DNA of 64,000 bases, taken from positions 83,948,001 through 84,012,000 of the forward strand of contig OZ024742.1 in NCBI GenBank assembly GCA_964016885.1, in the 5' to 3' direction. Position numbers and translations under genes: made by a program. This document shows, in pieces, positions 47,411-59,773 of this stretch. The DNA is from Eledone cirrhosa. Its lineage: Eukaryota. Positions within the stretch are counted from its first letter, which is position 1. Every line of letters begins with the position of its first letter. Under the pieces are notes generated by a model. It was given only the letters and a program-made list of their open reading frames with translations, was not told where the DNA came from and did not search any database.

Positions 47411-50400
47411 TTTCGTTTAACGTCCATCTTCCACGCTAGCATGGGTTAGACGGAAGTTGTCCCAAGTTGAGGCAAGGTTGGTCGGGTGACCGTGTCTCTC
47501 TCATATGGGACTATCTGGCAGGTTTTCTACGGCTGGCTGCCTTTCCTAGCACCAACCACATTTACAGTGTGGAACTGGGAACTTTTTACCGTGTTACCTA
47601 CACGACCACATTACAGCGTGGACAGTGTTTTTTTTGTGGTGACACCTACACGATCTGGATCTCATTATCTCATTTATTTGGAATGGATGTTGTGGTACCA
47701 ACTTTACAGAGAGAGGGTGGTGTTGGTGGGAGTGGGAGCATAGGGTAGGACTAGTGGATTGGGGTGTATATTTGGTTAAGCGGTGCCTACTGACTGTAGG
47801 TTTCACTTTGTACATAGGCAAGGTAGTTCTTCTGTATTACTACGTAGTGCCAAAGATCTCGGTCCAGTGAAATTGTCTTAGAGAGGTGCAAGTGTGTAAG
47901 GTCGGAATTTATCAGATCGTCCCAGGTTTTTCTGGGTCTACCTACTCCGTAACTACCATCAATTTTGATCGCCCTGCACTTATTTATACAGCTGTCGTCT
48001 TTCATGCGCATCACGTGGCCATACCAACGTAGTCTTCTCTGAAGTAAACAGCATCTGACCCCTCTAATTCCTAATTTCTCACTTAGTTCATTTATGCTTT
48101 GCCGTTCACGTATATTACTATTACACATCCAACGGAGCATGCATGCTTCATTCCTTTCCAGTCTGCGCAGTTCCTCTGCACGTAATGCCCATGTCTCACT
48201 GCCATGTAGCATTAATGTTCGTATACAGGCATCATACAATCTGCGTTTCATTTTTAGAGAGAAACCTTTTGTGGCCAACAGCGGTATACGCTCTCTGAAC
48301 TTTTTCCATCCCATTCTGACTCTGGCTATTGTACTTTCAGAACACCCTCCACCACTGCTGATTTCGTCACCCAGGTAACGGAAAGTGTCCACTATTTCTA
48401 TAGAACCATCTGGGCAATAGAAGGAGTTAGTATCCTGTGGACGCTTGCTACTTATTGCACCTGAGCATCGGCCACATATTAAGTCTACGTTCTTAGATAG
48501 TTTACCTGTGATTCCACTACATCTTTTATGTACCCATACTTTGCATTTGGCACATAAAATGGAATTTCTGCCTACTCCTTTCCTACACACTGAGCATGAC
48601 CATTTCCCTGAGGGAACCTGTGCCCTATTTTCCTTTCTACAAACTAGAACTTTAGTCTTAGACAAGTTAACTTTAAGGCCTTTTGATTCTAGGCCATGCT
48701 TCCATGTTTGGAATTTCTTCTCGAGTTCAGCCATTGATTCAGCGTTAGATCATCTGCATATAGGAGTTCCCATGGGCAGCCGGTCTTGAACTCCTCTATT
48801 ATAGCCTGAAGGGCAATAATAAATAGGAGGGGGCTAAGGACAGAGCCTTGATGACCACCAACTTTTAACGCTAAATTCTTCACAATATTCATTGTTAATT
48901 CTAACCTTACTGACTGTTTCTTTATACATAGCTTGTATAGCTCTCACAAACCATTCATCTACACCTAGTTTTCTAAGAGCCCACCAGATAATGGAGCAGA
49001 AGACTCTGTCAAAGGCTTTCTCCAGGTCTACAAAAGCTAAGTAGAGGGGTTTACTGTAGTTGTCGTACAAGGAAAAGAGCGTCTGTGGTACTTTTACCTG
49101 ACACAAACCCAAACTGCATTTCATCTAGATCAATTCGCTCTCTGATTAGTTGCGCTATAACTCTTTCTGTGACCTTCATGACCTGGTCAACTAACTTAAT
49201 GCCTCTATAGTTTCCCCTATCTAAAGCATCCCCTTTATCCTTGTAGCAATTAATGATGATGCTGCGACGCCAGTCTTTTGGTATGACTCCATTCTGTATT
49301 ATTTGGTTAACTATACGGGTGACCATAGTATGTCCCACCATTCCAGATGCCTTCAACATCTCAGCAACTATCTCCGAAAGCCCAGCTGCCTTGCCTGCCT
49401 TTATATCTTTGATTGCATTACTTATTATACTACCTTTAACTTGCACCGCTGGTCCTTCTATTGGATCGATTTGAGGCAGACTATCTTTATCCCATTTATT
49501 CTGCTCATTTAATAGTCTCTCGTAGTGACACTTCCAGACTATCTTCTTATCAGTATCAGTGAGGGCAAGTACACCGTTATCATTACGGACACACTTCTCC
49601 CCGACAATATCACGGTTTTCCTTGACACATTGTCTAGCAATCCTGAATACCTCACGTTTTTGGTCCTCACGTTGTAGAACATGCTTGAACTTTCTATCCT
49701 CTGCTTCCCTTTTTGCAAGGTACACTTGTCTCCTAGCTTCTCTCCTGGACACTTGATAGTGCTCTCTACTTACCCCATCCTGCCATACTTTCCAAGCCTG
49801 CTTTTTGGCCTTGATTGTCTCCTCCACCTTACTGCTCCACCACCAAGTTACTCTCCCCCTGTCAATAGGTCTGCTCCAGCCACAGATTTCCTCCGTTGCT
49901 TTCAGCAGGTTCACTTTCAAGAATTGCAGCTATTCCTCTATATTGCACGTCTCTAATTGCTCTTCCTTATTGTCAAATAATCTTTTAAATTTGTCACTGG
50001 CTATGGGGTTCTTCAACTTCCGTATTCTTCTCCTCAAGGTAGGCCTCCTCTGTCGTCGTGTACGTCTATTCCTGACTGTGAGGTCACTAACTACTAGGCT
50101 ATGTTGGGAGGTGCATTCTTCACGGGGGAGGGATTTAGTGTTTACAACAGACACTTTGTCCCGTCTTCTAGTAAGGATGTAATCTATCTGGCTGGCGTGT
50201 TCCCCTGATCTATAGGTGATCAAGTGGTTTTCTCGCTTTTTGAACTTAGTGTTATAGATAGTTAGGTTATAAGCGTCACAGAATTCCAGGATTCTGAAGC
50301 CCTCCTCATTTCTATTTCCAACCCCATAGCCTCCATGGATTCCATCATAGCCATCACTATGTTGTCCAACGTGACCGTTTAGATCGCCAGCAATAATAAA

Positions 50401-51514
50401 GTAGTCGCTGTCGGTTATTTGGGAGGTAGTGTGCATTAGCATCTCATAGAACCTGTCCTTTATAACGTCAGGTAAATCAGATTGGGGTGCATAAGCGGAT
50501 ATTATTGTCACTGTAGTTCTATTTAGTACTAGTCTTATTTTAATTGTCATTCACTCTATTTACGTCAATTACCTTATCTACCCATTTTCAGCTAACATAA
50601 TTCCTACACCACCCTGTCCGTTGTCATTTCCCACCCAGAAAAGTTTATAGCATCGTTATTTACCCAGGATGAATCTGGCAGACCCCCCTCTCCACCTAGT
50701 CACTTGAATACAACAAACATCAACTTCTTTACGTTCAAGCATCTCTACAACCTCATTTGAGCGACCTTTCAATGTGCCTACGTTCATGGTACCAACTCTG
50801 AAGTTGGGAGGGTGGGATGGATGGGTTGGAGGGGCAGGGAGGGGTGTGGGAGACGGAATTATGTTCGTCATCCGTGTCTGAAATAAAGAGGGGTCCTTGT
50901 ATTCTCGTCCTGCAGCGGGAGGTGAATTTAGCTTTATCTGTGACATTGTCATTGACTGCTTAGACTTTCCAAATTCCGTAGTCAACCCATCAAACAGATC
51001 TAAACTTAAGGAGTAGTAACTGAGGTGGTAGCTTTGCAATATGATTTGTTAGAGAACTTACTATAAGCCTTTGAGAGTTATGATTGGACCATATAGCAAT
51101 GGTGGTATATTGTGGTAGGAGGGAAATGGGTAACTTTAGGAGAAGATTAGTTTTTAGGAAGGGTCCAACAGAATGAGACATATTATTAAAAACATGTAAA
51201 ATATTAATTGAAAATCCGGGAGAAAAAGGGAAAATTTGAATTTTAGACTGGCATAAATAGGAGTTTAAAACTCTGCTTATTGAGTCGACTACATGTAAAA
51301 GGAAAGACAAGTATTTTGCTTACATTGTCAAAATCGACAGATCGTCCGTAATATAGATTAGATAGATAAATTATGTCCTTGGGAACCAGCAAGATTTATT
51401 TTATACTAGCGGTCAGACGGGGGGTGGATATGAGAGAAGGAGCAAAGTGTTCACAAAGTTAGCGAGCGAGATGCAGGAAAGTTCTAGAATAATTAATTAA
51501 TAATAATACTATAT
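47348..51514 (-). mobile_element. Full-length, frameshifted RTE-clade LINE (APE endonuclease + RT)
   Basis: EN motifs VGTMNVGTLKGR..DVCCIQ, ISAYAPQ, AGDLNGHVG, SQIDYIL, SQHSLV. RT motifs NYRGIKL, QFGF..TTDALF, AFVDLEKAFDRV, HQGSVLSP, LLYADD. (ATG)n tail at 47348-47410. Flanking gctgat duplication at 47342-47347 and 51515-51520. The empty site is visible at ~52904. Confidence 0.95.
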
Positions 51515-51992
51515 GCTGATATAAGTTAGATTGCAGTTTAGTGCTTTTCAACTTTCCTTTGTACAGCAAAATCACACTATGTATATTATATGCAGTTATA
51601 GAGATCTTTACACATTATTCTCTATCAGTATATATTTCTATAGTGTTATTCCAAAGAACGTACGTAAGGCAGCATATGGTTGGCTATGCGTTCATATAGG
51701 TGCATGCCCGTGTATAAAAGCGTCTTAGCACTTCATGTATGTACAATGACTGTAAAAGAAAAGGATGGAATTATACGTGTGAATTATAAGTATAATCTTG
51801 AATGAAACGACAGAAATATTTACTCGGTTTCGTCGGAATACTCAGCAGAATATGTGTGGTAAAAGTTAAGTTACATTTAGGTACATTTCAACTGACCGTT
51901 GTACAGAGATATCTCACTCTCCATATTATATGTAGTTATAGAGATATTTATAACATTCTTCATTATATATGTCTATATTCTATTTTCTAAAG

Positions 51993-52131
51993 ATCGTTGC
52001 AGAAATATGCCAGATCATACTGAGCTCCCAATGGATGATAATTGTGCTGGTTACTGGACATGTTATAATGGAGTCGCAACTAAGGGCTGTTGTCGTCGTG
52101 GTCAATCTTTTAGAGAAAGGAGAGGTTGTAT
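51993..52131 (+). pseudogene. Truncated chitin-binding-like exon 10 (pseudo-exon)
   Basis: Matches the array exon up to ..RERRGCI, then runs straight into (TA)n. The last two Cys and the donor site are deleted; the acceptor is intact. Confidence 0.85.
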
Positions 52132-52372
52132 ATATATATATATGTGGTGGCTGCAAACTCTGCTAAGAGTACTGGAATCGCTTGAATATTATAGAGTTTG
52201 GTGCACTTTTAGGTTGCGGCCAGCCACACGATCCTGTAACATAGCTTGAACAACCAATGTTCCACCCTCCTCACCAAGTATGCTTGGAGGGGTTGCAAGT
52301 TAAATCGCCGACGACCCGACCATGAAACAGGTTGTACTGGGTTACATGTTATCAGTAGCACTCGAGAGTGAG

Positions 52373-52478
<106 letters not shown>

Positions 52479-53018
52479 CATACATGCTCACAGAAACAAA
52501 ACACACACACACAAACATATATATTTATAATATCAAATATACATAGAGTAAATTAAAGAAAAAATAAAACAAAAGTCATTGTGCAAGAATGTGATATTTT
52601 GCGGAATAAACATAATAAAACCTCATGTTTGGCGAGTATAAATACATATAAAATATTTAGTAGTAAATCTCCATCGGGAACACTGATACGTGGGTCAAAG
52701 GAATAATAACTTTTATTTACCTCGTTGTCCTCCTCCTGGAAATTTAAGTGTAAATTTTGTAAGTGATATTGTCAGTGTATATGACTCAGTGACAAGAATA
52801 TTGGTTTTCTACTTAGCATAATCTTAATTATTGAAGAGGTCAGCATAACTAATTGATTAGAAGCACGTCTGTATATTAATCATAGTAATTTTATGGATAC
52901 ATGGCTGATGTAAGTTAAATTGCACTTTAGTGCTTTTCAACTTTCCTTTGTACAGTAATATCACACTATGTATCTTATATGCAGTTATAGAGATCTTAAC
53001 ACATTATTCAATATATAT

Positions 53019-53210
53019 GACAGTGGATTGGCTGTATCGATATAGTTACAGACACCATACTTTCCAGAAAAGAGTTATATCCCTTTTCTGGGCTGAGTTC
53101 AAATCCCGCCGAGGTTAACTTTGCCTTTCATCCTTACGGAGACGATAAAATAAAGTACCAGTAAAGTAAAGTACTGGATAATTGCAGGCCTTGTGCCAAA
53201 AGTAGAAAAA
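53019..53210 (+). mobile_element. tRNA-derived SINE unique to the last array intron
   Basis: B box gagttcaaatccc and body ctttgcctttcatcc. Flanked by attattca[a/g]tatatat (53003-53018 and 53211-53226). Absent from sister units. Confidence 0.8.
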
Positions 53211-53589
53211 ATTATTCAGTATATATTTCTATATTTTTATTCAGAAGAAGTACGTAAGGAAGCATATGGTTGGAGATGCATTCATATGGGTGCATGCCCG
53301 TATATAAAGGTGCCTTAGCTTTTCATGTTATACACAATGACTGTAAAAGAAAAGGATGGATTATACGTGTGAATTATTAGTATAATATTGAATGAAACGA
53401 CACAAAATTTACTCGGTTTCATCGGAATACTCAGCAGAACATGTGTGGTAAAGATTAAGTGATTAAGTTACATTTAGGTACATTTCAACTTCCCTTTGTA
53501 CAGGAGTATTCCACTCTCCATATTATATGTAGTTATAGATATATTTATAACATTCTTCATTATATATTTTTATATTCTATATTCCAAAG

Positions 53590-53787
53590 ATCGTTGCAGA
53601 AATATGCCAGATCATACTGAGCTCGCAATGGATGATAATTGTGCTGGTTACTGGACATGTTATAATGGAGTCGCAACTAAGGGCTGTTGTCGTCGTGGTC
53701 AATCTTTTAGAGAAAGGAGAGGTTGTATCCGAGATCGAAGTTGTAGAGATAGGTGTCGAGAGCCAGTCACACCACCCAGTCCAGAAA
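53590..53787 (+). CDS. Chitin-binding-like domain exon 11
   Basis: 198 bp, ccaaag/gtaggt; SFRE and TPPS variant. Confidence 0.85.
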
Positions 53788-53814
53788 GTAGGTGTTTTCT
53801 TTCTCTCTTTCCTG

Positions 53815-53894
<80 letters not shown>

Positions 53895-54068
53895 TACACA
53901 CATATATATATAAAAGGGTTTAGATGAGTTTATAATATAACCATATAAGTCAAAGAACATTTCAAAGCGCAATGTGAATTTATTGACTACAGCAAGATAG
54001 GTAAGACTGTTCAGAGTTTAATCTAATCTGAAAAATTCATTGAAAGTAGTTTTGAAATATTACAGACC

Positions 54069-54171
<103 letters not shown>

Positions 54172-54337
54172 CACCTGAAGATTGCGAAAGCATGAAAGTA
54201 CTTGTTCAATTAACACTTAACATTAAATATTCTATCATACTATTTCATTATAATACCATTATAAATTTTAAAGGATTGTAAATATAACGAGTAAATCAGA
54301 CAAAGTTGGAATTCCTCTTATTAATATATATATATAT

Positions 54338-54440
<103 letters not shown>

Positions 54441-54474
54441 CTGAAGTCAAATTTGCAACTTATTAAACCTTATT

Positions 54475-54558
54475 GCATATTACAACTGTTTCGATATCGA
54501 TCAGCTCGGGTTTGATTAGGCAATCGGATCCTCTTAATCGAAACCTCTCCAGATATGC
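54475..54558 (-). ncRNA. Hammerhead-like motif with one core substitution (pLTR remnant)
   Basis: GCAUAU-CUGGAGA-[gguuucgauu..gaucgauauc]-GAAA-CAGUUG-UA-AUAUGC. CUGGAGA departs from the CUGANGA consensus. Confidence 0.55.
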
Positions 54559-54789
54559 GAGTTTACATGGGTGGTCCCTTTCCAGTAGTTTCAAACAAGC
54601 TGCAAATCTGACTTCTTATTGTCACTCCATATATATACACTCTTCAGACTACAGCCGCCTTAAACCTGGAGCACAAACCAACGAGAGACGGACCCGTAAT
54701 ACCATGAAGTGCTTCGACCAGCGTCACTGCTAGTAACAACAATTTACATACATAATAACATATCTTTATCTCTCTCTCCCTATAGATAT

Positions 54790-57700
54790 ATATTAGAAAA
54801 CGAGTTTTTTTTTTTTTTTTTTTTTTTTCAAAAATGAAAAAAACCGAGATGTCCTACACGAGTGAAAGCATAAGAAAAAAGATGAAATCGAAAATGCAAC
54901 TGGAGTCTTTTTAAGAATATTTATTTGGTTCCTTTACCGGTTTCGCAGTTCTTATTCTTTTCAAAAGTAGAGTTGAAATGGAGGGTTTGTGGTTTTTCTC
55001 GCATCTGGTTGGTGTTCGAATGTTACTTCTGTTTTATGTGGAATAAGTCACTCGAAATTCTAGTTTTTTTTAGAAAATTAATTATTTGGTTGGTTGATTA
55101 GTCACGTGAACAAGTATAATATATTTCGCGCCAGTTCGCGTTACAAAAATTCTTATTATATTTGCCTTTAAAAAAAGGGGGGGGGGAGAGCCTCAGATTG
55201 TTTTTTAATATATGAGTGAAATTTGGTTGGTTGATGCAGTAACGTGCACAAGCACATCAACTTTCGTACCAGTTGGTTGATGCAGTTACGTGCACAAGCA
55301 CATCAACTTCCGTGCCAGTTGGTTGATGCAGTAACGTGCACAAGCACATTAACTTTCGTACCAGTTGGTTGATGCAGTCACGTGCACAAGCACATCAACT
55401 TTCGTACCAGCTGGTTGATGCAGTAACGTGCACAAGCACATCAACTTTCGTGCCAGTTGGTTGATGCAGTAACGTGCACAAGCACATCAACTTTCGTGCC
55501 AGTTGGTTGATGCAGTAACGTGCACAAGCACATCAACTTTCGTACCAGTTGGTTGATGCAGTAACGTGCACAAGCACATCAACTTTCGTACCAGTTGGTT
55601 GATGCAGTAACGTGCACAAGCACATCAACTTTCGTACCAGTTGGTTGATGCAGTCACGTGCACAAGCACATCAACTTTCGTACCAGTTGGTTGATGCAGT
55701 CACGTGCACAAGCACATCAACTTCCGTGCCAGTTGGTTGATGCAGTAACGTGCACAGGCACATCAACTTTCGTACCAGTTGGTTGATGCAGTAACGTGCA
55801 CAAGCACATCAACTTTCGTACCAGTTGGTTGATGCAGTAACGTGCACAAGCACATCAACTTTCGTACCAGTTGGTTGATGCAGTAACGTGCACAAGCACA
55901 TCAACTTTCGTGCCAGTTGGTTGATGCAGTAACGTGCACAGGCACATCAACTTTCGTGCCAGTTGGTTGATGCAGTAACATGCACAAGCACATCAACTTT
56001 CGTACCAGTTGGTTGATGCAGTCACGTGCACAAGCACATCAACTTCCGTGCCAGTTGGTTGATGCAGTAACGTGCACAAGCACATCAACTTTCGTACCAG
56101 TTGGTTGATGCAGTCACGTGCACAGGCACATCAACTTTCGTGCCAGTTGGTTGATGCAGTAACGTGCACAAGCACATCAACTTTCGTGCCAGTTGGTTGA
56201 TGCAGTAACGTGCACAAGCACATCAACTTTCGTACCAGTTGGTTGATGCAGTAACGTGCACAAGCACATCAACTTTCGTGCCAGTTGGTTGATGCAGTAA
56301 CGTGCACAAGCACATCAACTTTCGTACCAGTTGGTTGATGCAGTAACGTGCACAAGCACATCAACTTTCGTGCCAGTTGGTTGATGCAGTCACGTGCACA
56401 AGCACATCAACTTTCGTACCAGTTGGTTGATGCAGTAACGTGCACAAGCACATCAACTTTCGTGCCTGTTGGTTGATGCAGTAACGTGCACAAGCACATC
56501 AACTTTCGTACCAGTTGGTTGATGCAGTAACGTGCACAAGCACATCAACTTTCGTACCAGTTGGTTGATGCAGTAACGTGCACAAGCACATCAACTTTCG
56601 TACCAGTTGGTTGATGCAGTCACGTGCACAAGCACATCAACTTTCGTGCCAGTTGGTTGATGCAGTAACGTGCACAAGCACATCAACATTCGTGCCAGTT
56701 GGTTGATGCAGTAACGTGCACAAGCACATCAACTTTCGTACCAGTTGGTTGATGCAGTAACGTGCACAAGCACATCAACTTTCGTACCAGTTGGTTGATG
56801 CAGTAACGTGCACAAGCACATCAACTTTCGTACCAGTTGGTTGATGCAGTAACGTGCACAAGCACATCAACTTTCGTACCAGTTGGTTGATGCAGTCACG
56901 TGCACAAGCACATCAACTTTCGTGCCAGTTGGTTGATGCAGTAACGTGCACAGGCACATCAACTTTCGTACCAGTTGGTTGATGCAGTAACGTGCACAAG
57001 CACATCAACATTCGTAGCAGTTGGTTGATGCAGTCACGTGCACAAGCACATCAACTTTCGTACCAGTTGGTTGATGCAGTAACGTGCACAAGCACATCAA
57101 CTTTCGTACCAGTTGGTTGATGCAGTCACGTGCACAAGCACATCAACTTTCGTGCCAGTTGGTTGATGCAGTCACGTGCACAATCACATCAACTTTCGTA
57201 CCAGTTGGTTGATGCAGTCACGTGTACAAGCACATCAACTTTCGTACCAGTTGGTTGATGCAGTCACGTGCACAAGCACATCAACTTTCGTACCAGTTGG
57301 TTGATGCAGTCACGTGCACAAGCACATCAACTTTCGTGCCAGTTGGTTGATGCAGTAACGTGCACAAGCACATCAACTTTCGTGCCAGTTGGTTGATGCA
57401 GTAACGTGCACAAGCACATCATCTTTCGTACCAGTTGGTTGATGCAGTCACGTGCACAGGCACATCAACTTTCGTACCAGTTGGTTGATGCAGTCACGTG
57501 CACAAGCACATCAACTTCCGTGCCAGTTCGTGCTTGAGTTTCTTTCCACTTAAAAAAGTGGCTCAAAAAAGTTTTATAAATGTAATTTGATTGGTTATCA
57601 CTGTCACATGAATAAATACATTAAATTTCGCGCCCGTATCTGGGAATTGTTTTATAGCCATTTAAAGAATTTTGTGCCAAACAAAAGATAATGGTCAAGA

Positions 57701-59650
57701 AAAAAGGATTGGGGAGAATTGTTCTGGTTCAGTGAGTATGGCTGATGTGCTGAGGTGTCAAAATTCAGACTTTCTATTGAAATAAAGAAAGTAGAGATAT
57801 GTATTTTTATTTGTGTGCTGGTGTGTGTGTCTGTGTGTGTGTGTGTGTGTGTGTAGGAAAATGATTCTATTAGTAGAAATGGGGGAGGGATTTATGTGTG
57901 TGTGTGTGTATGGGTGTTATATATGTGTGTGTATGTGTGTGTGTAAGTATGATTAGCATGTTGAGATGGAGAGAATATATATTTGTGTGTGTGTAGGAAA
58001 ATGATTCCGTTAGTAGAAAGGGGGGAGGGTGCTATGTATGTGTGTGTGGGGGGAGGGGGGTATGGTTAGTATGTTAAGGTGTTAGAGTATTAACGTATGT
58101 TAAGGTTTATTTAGCTCTGGTTTTTATTTTCGAATATAGAAGATGTTATGTGTGTGTGTGTATGTATGTGTCTGTTTGGATGATTAGCATGTTATGGTGT
58201 TAACATAATGTATATTAAACTATATTTAATGCTGATTTATATTTTTGAATAATCATATTTTCCTTATTTATTCGTATTTGTTCTGTTGTATTGTCAGCGC
58301 AAATATAAAATGGGAAGACTTGGAATTTGGGTGTCTTATCGCTTGCGCATAAGTCTACATGTGTACTGAGTGGTATATGTCTTGTGGTAGGGTCTCGTAA
58401 TTGTTGGCGATGAACTGTCATTCTGTTTCTGAGTGTGAGTTTGGTTTATCCTATATAATCTTCATTGCATCCTTTACATTTAATGGCATAAAGCAAATTT
58501 GTTGATGAGCAAGTGAAGTGATTTTTTACAACACAATTTTGTCCTGATTGAAATGTATACATGGTGCCTTCAATGAGGTGAGTGCAGGTCCCACAATTAG
58601 AGCGACCACATTTTTTGTTTTGACAGTTGGTTGTGGGTTTGTGGTAGGTAATTTGGCATTGGTGAGTAATGTTTTTAGTGATTTCGGTTGTCTTCTGCTT
58701 TTGATTATTTTGTGTGTTTCAAGGGCTTTTTTCACTCTTGGATCTTGTTTCAATAGTGGGATGTTCTTGTGAATAATGTTGTATGCTTCCGCATTTCTTG
58801 GGTTGTGTGTTAGAATATTGGACGTACCTTGAATTTGTTTCTATTTTCGTAATTCATCAATGCCTATTGCTTTAGCCCTTTCTATTCCATTATTTATTAG
58901 TAATGGTGGGTACTGTCTTTCGAGCAGAATTTCCTTTAATTCTTGAAGTCTTTTATTTCGCGTTTCATAATTGGAGTCAATTGTGCATATTCTTCTTGCT
59001 AGGTTAAAAGGGATGTTTCTCTTCGTGTGCTTTGGATGGATGGAGATGAATAGCAGGTATTGTTTGGAATCTGTTGGTTTGTCATGTATGTCAGTTTCAA
59101 TATTTGTGAATTTTTTAAGATTAGGATGTCCAGAAATGGGAGTTGATCTTGGCTGTATTCCATTGTGAATTTTGGATGTGGTTATTGATGCCGTTAATTA
59201 AATGTTTTAAATCATTTAGTTGGTCGAGTGTGTGAGACCAAAGAATGAGGCAATTATCCAAATTTACAATTCTCTGATAAATATTTGTGGAAGTTCAATC
59301 CGTATTTTGATTTGGACTGTTCATATATCTGGACTTCTAGGTATGCCATGACTAAGTTAGCATAAGTTGGAGCGACTTTTGTACCCATCGCAGACCCCGA
59401 TATTTACTTGTAAGTATTGCTATTGAAATAAAAAAAATTGTTCTGTAAAATAAACTGTAATCCATCGGCGATGAAGCTTTTTTCTATTCTGTCAGGTATC
59501 TCATTGGGATATTTCTCTAGCCAGAATCCTATTGCTTTTAGTCCGTATTGGTGTGGGATCGTTGTGTAGAGATTCACTACATCGAAAGACACAATAATAG
59601 TGTCGTTGTTGACATGTTTGGGGAGGTGGTTTAAGAGGTCCAGATCATCT
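54790..59650 (-). mobile_element. Degenerate Penelope-like element (RT + C-terminal GIY-YIG) with long 3' region
   Basis: IVSFDVVNLYTTIPH..FILQNNFFYF, GSAMGTKVAPTYANL, TDIHDKPTDSKQYL..HPKHTKRNIPFNLARRIC and NLLYAIKCKGCNEDYIG*T..RMTVHRQQL. Decayed hammerhead end gaaaccggtaaagg at ~54931. The left boundary is approximate. Confidence 0.85.
55226..57525. repeat. Minisatellite, 50 x 46 bp: GTTGGTTGATGCAGT[A/C]ACGTGCACAAGCACATCAACTTTCGT[A/G]CCA
   Basis: Exact 46-bp period (55226, 55272 ... 57480) with no spacers. Confidence 0.97.
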
Positions 59651-59773
59651 CCTCTTACAAGACCCTAACTACTATGAAAGAGTAAAAAACTACCAGCAAT
59701 CAGAAACGATGGCCAGATTAAACACATTCATTTGTCGATAGTAGGAAGACTTAACTAAAAAGGAACGCGATTA
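59651..59773 (+). mobile_element. Inverted piece of PLE RT N-terminal region
   Basis: The + strand reads LLQDPNYYERVKN..EDLTKKERD, abutting the minus-strand RT at ~59650. Confidence 0.55.

Noticed and set aside
55226-57525. CRISPR array
   Set aside because: The units are head-to-tail with no unique spacers, there are no cas genes, and the context is eukaryotic.
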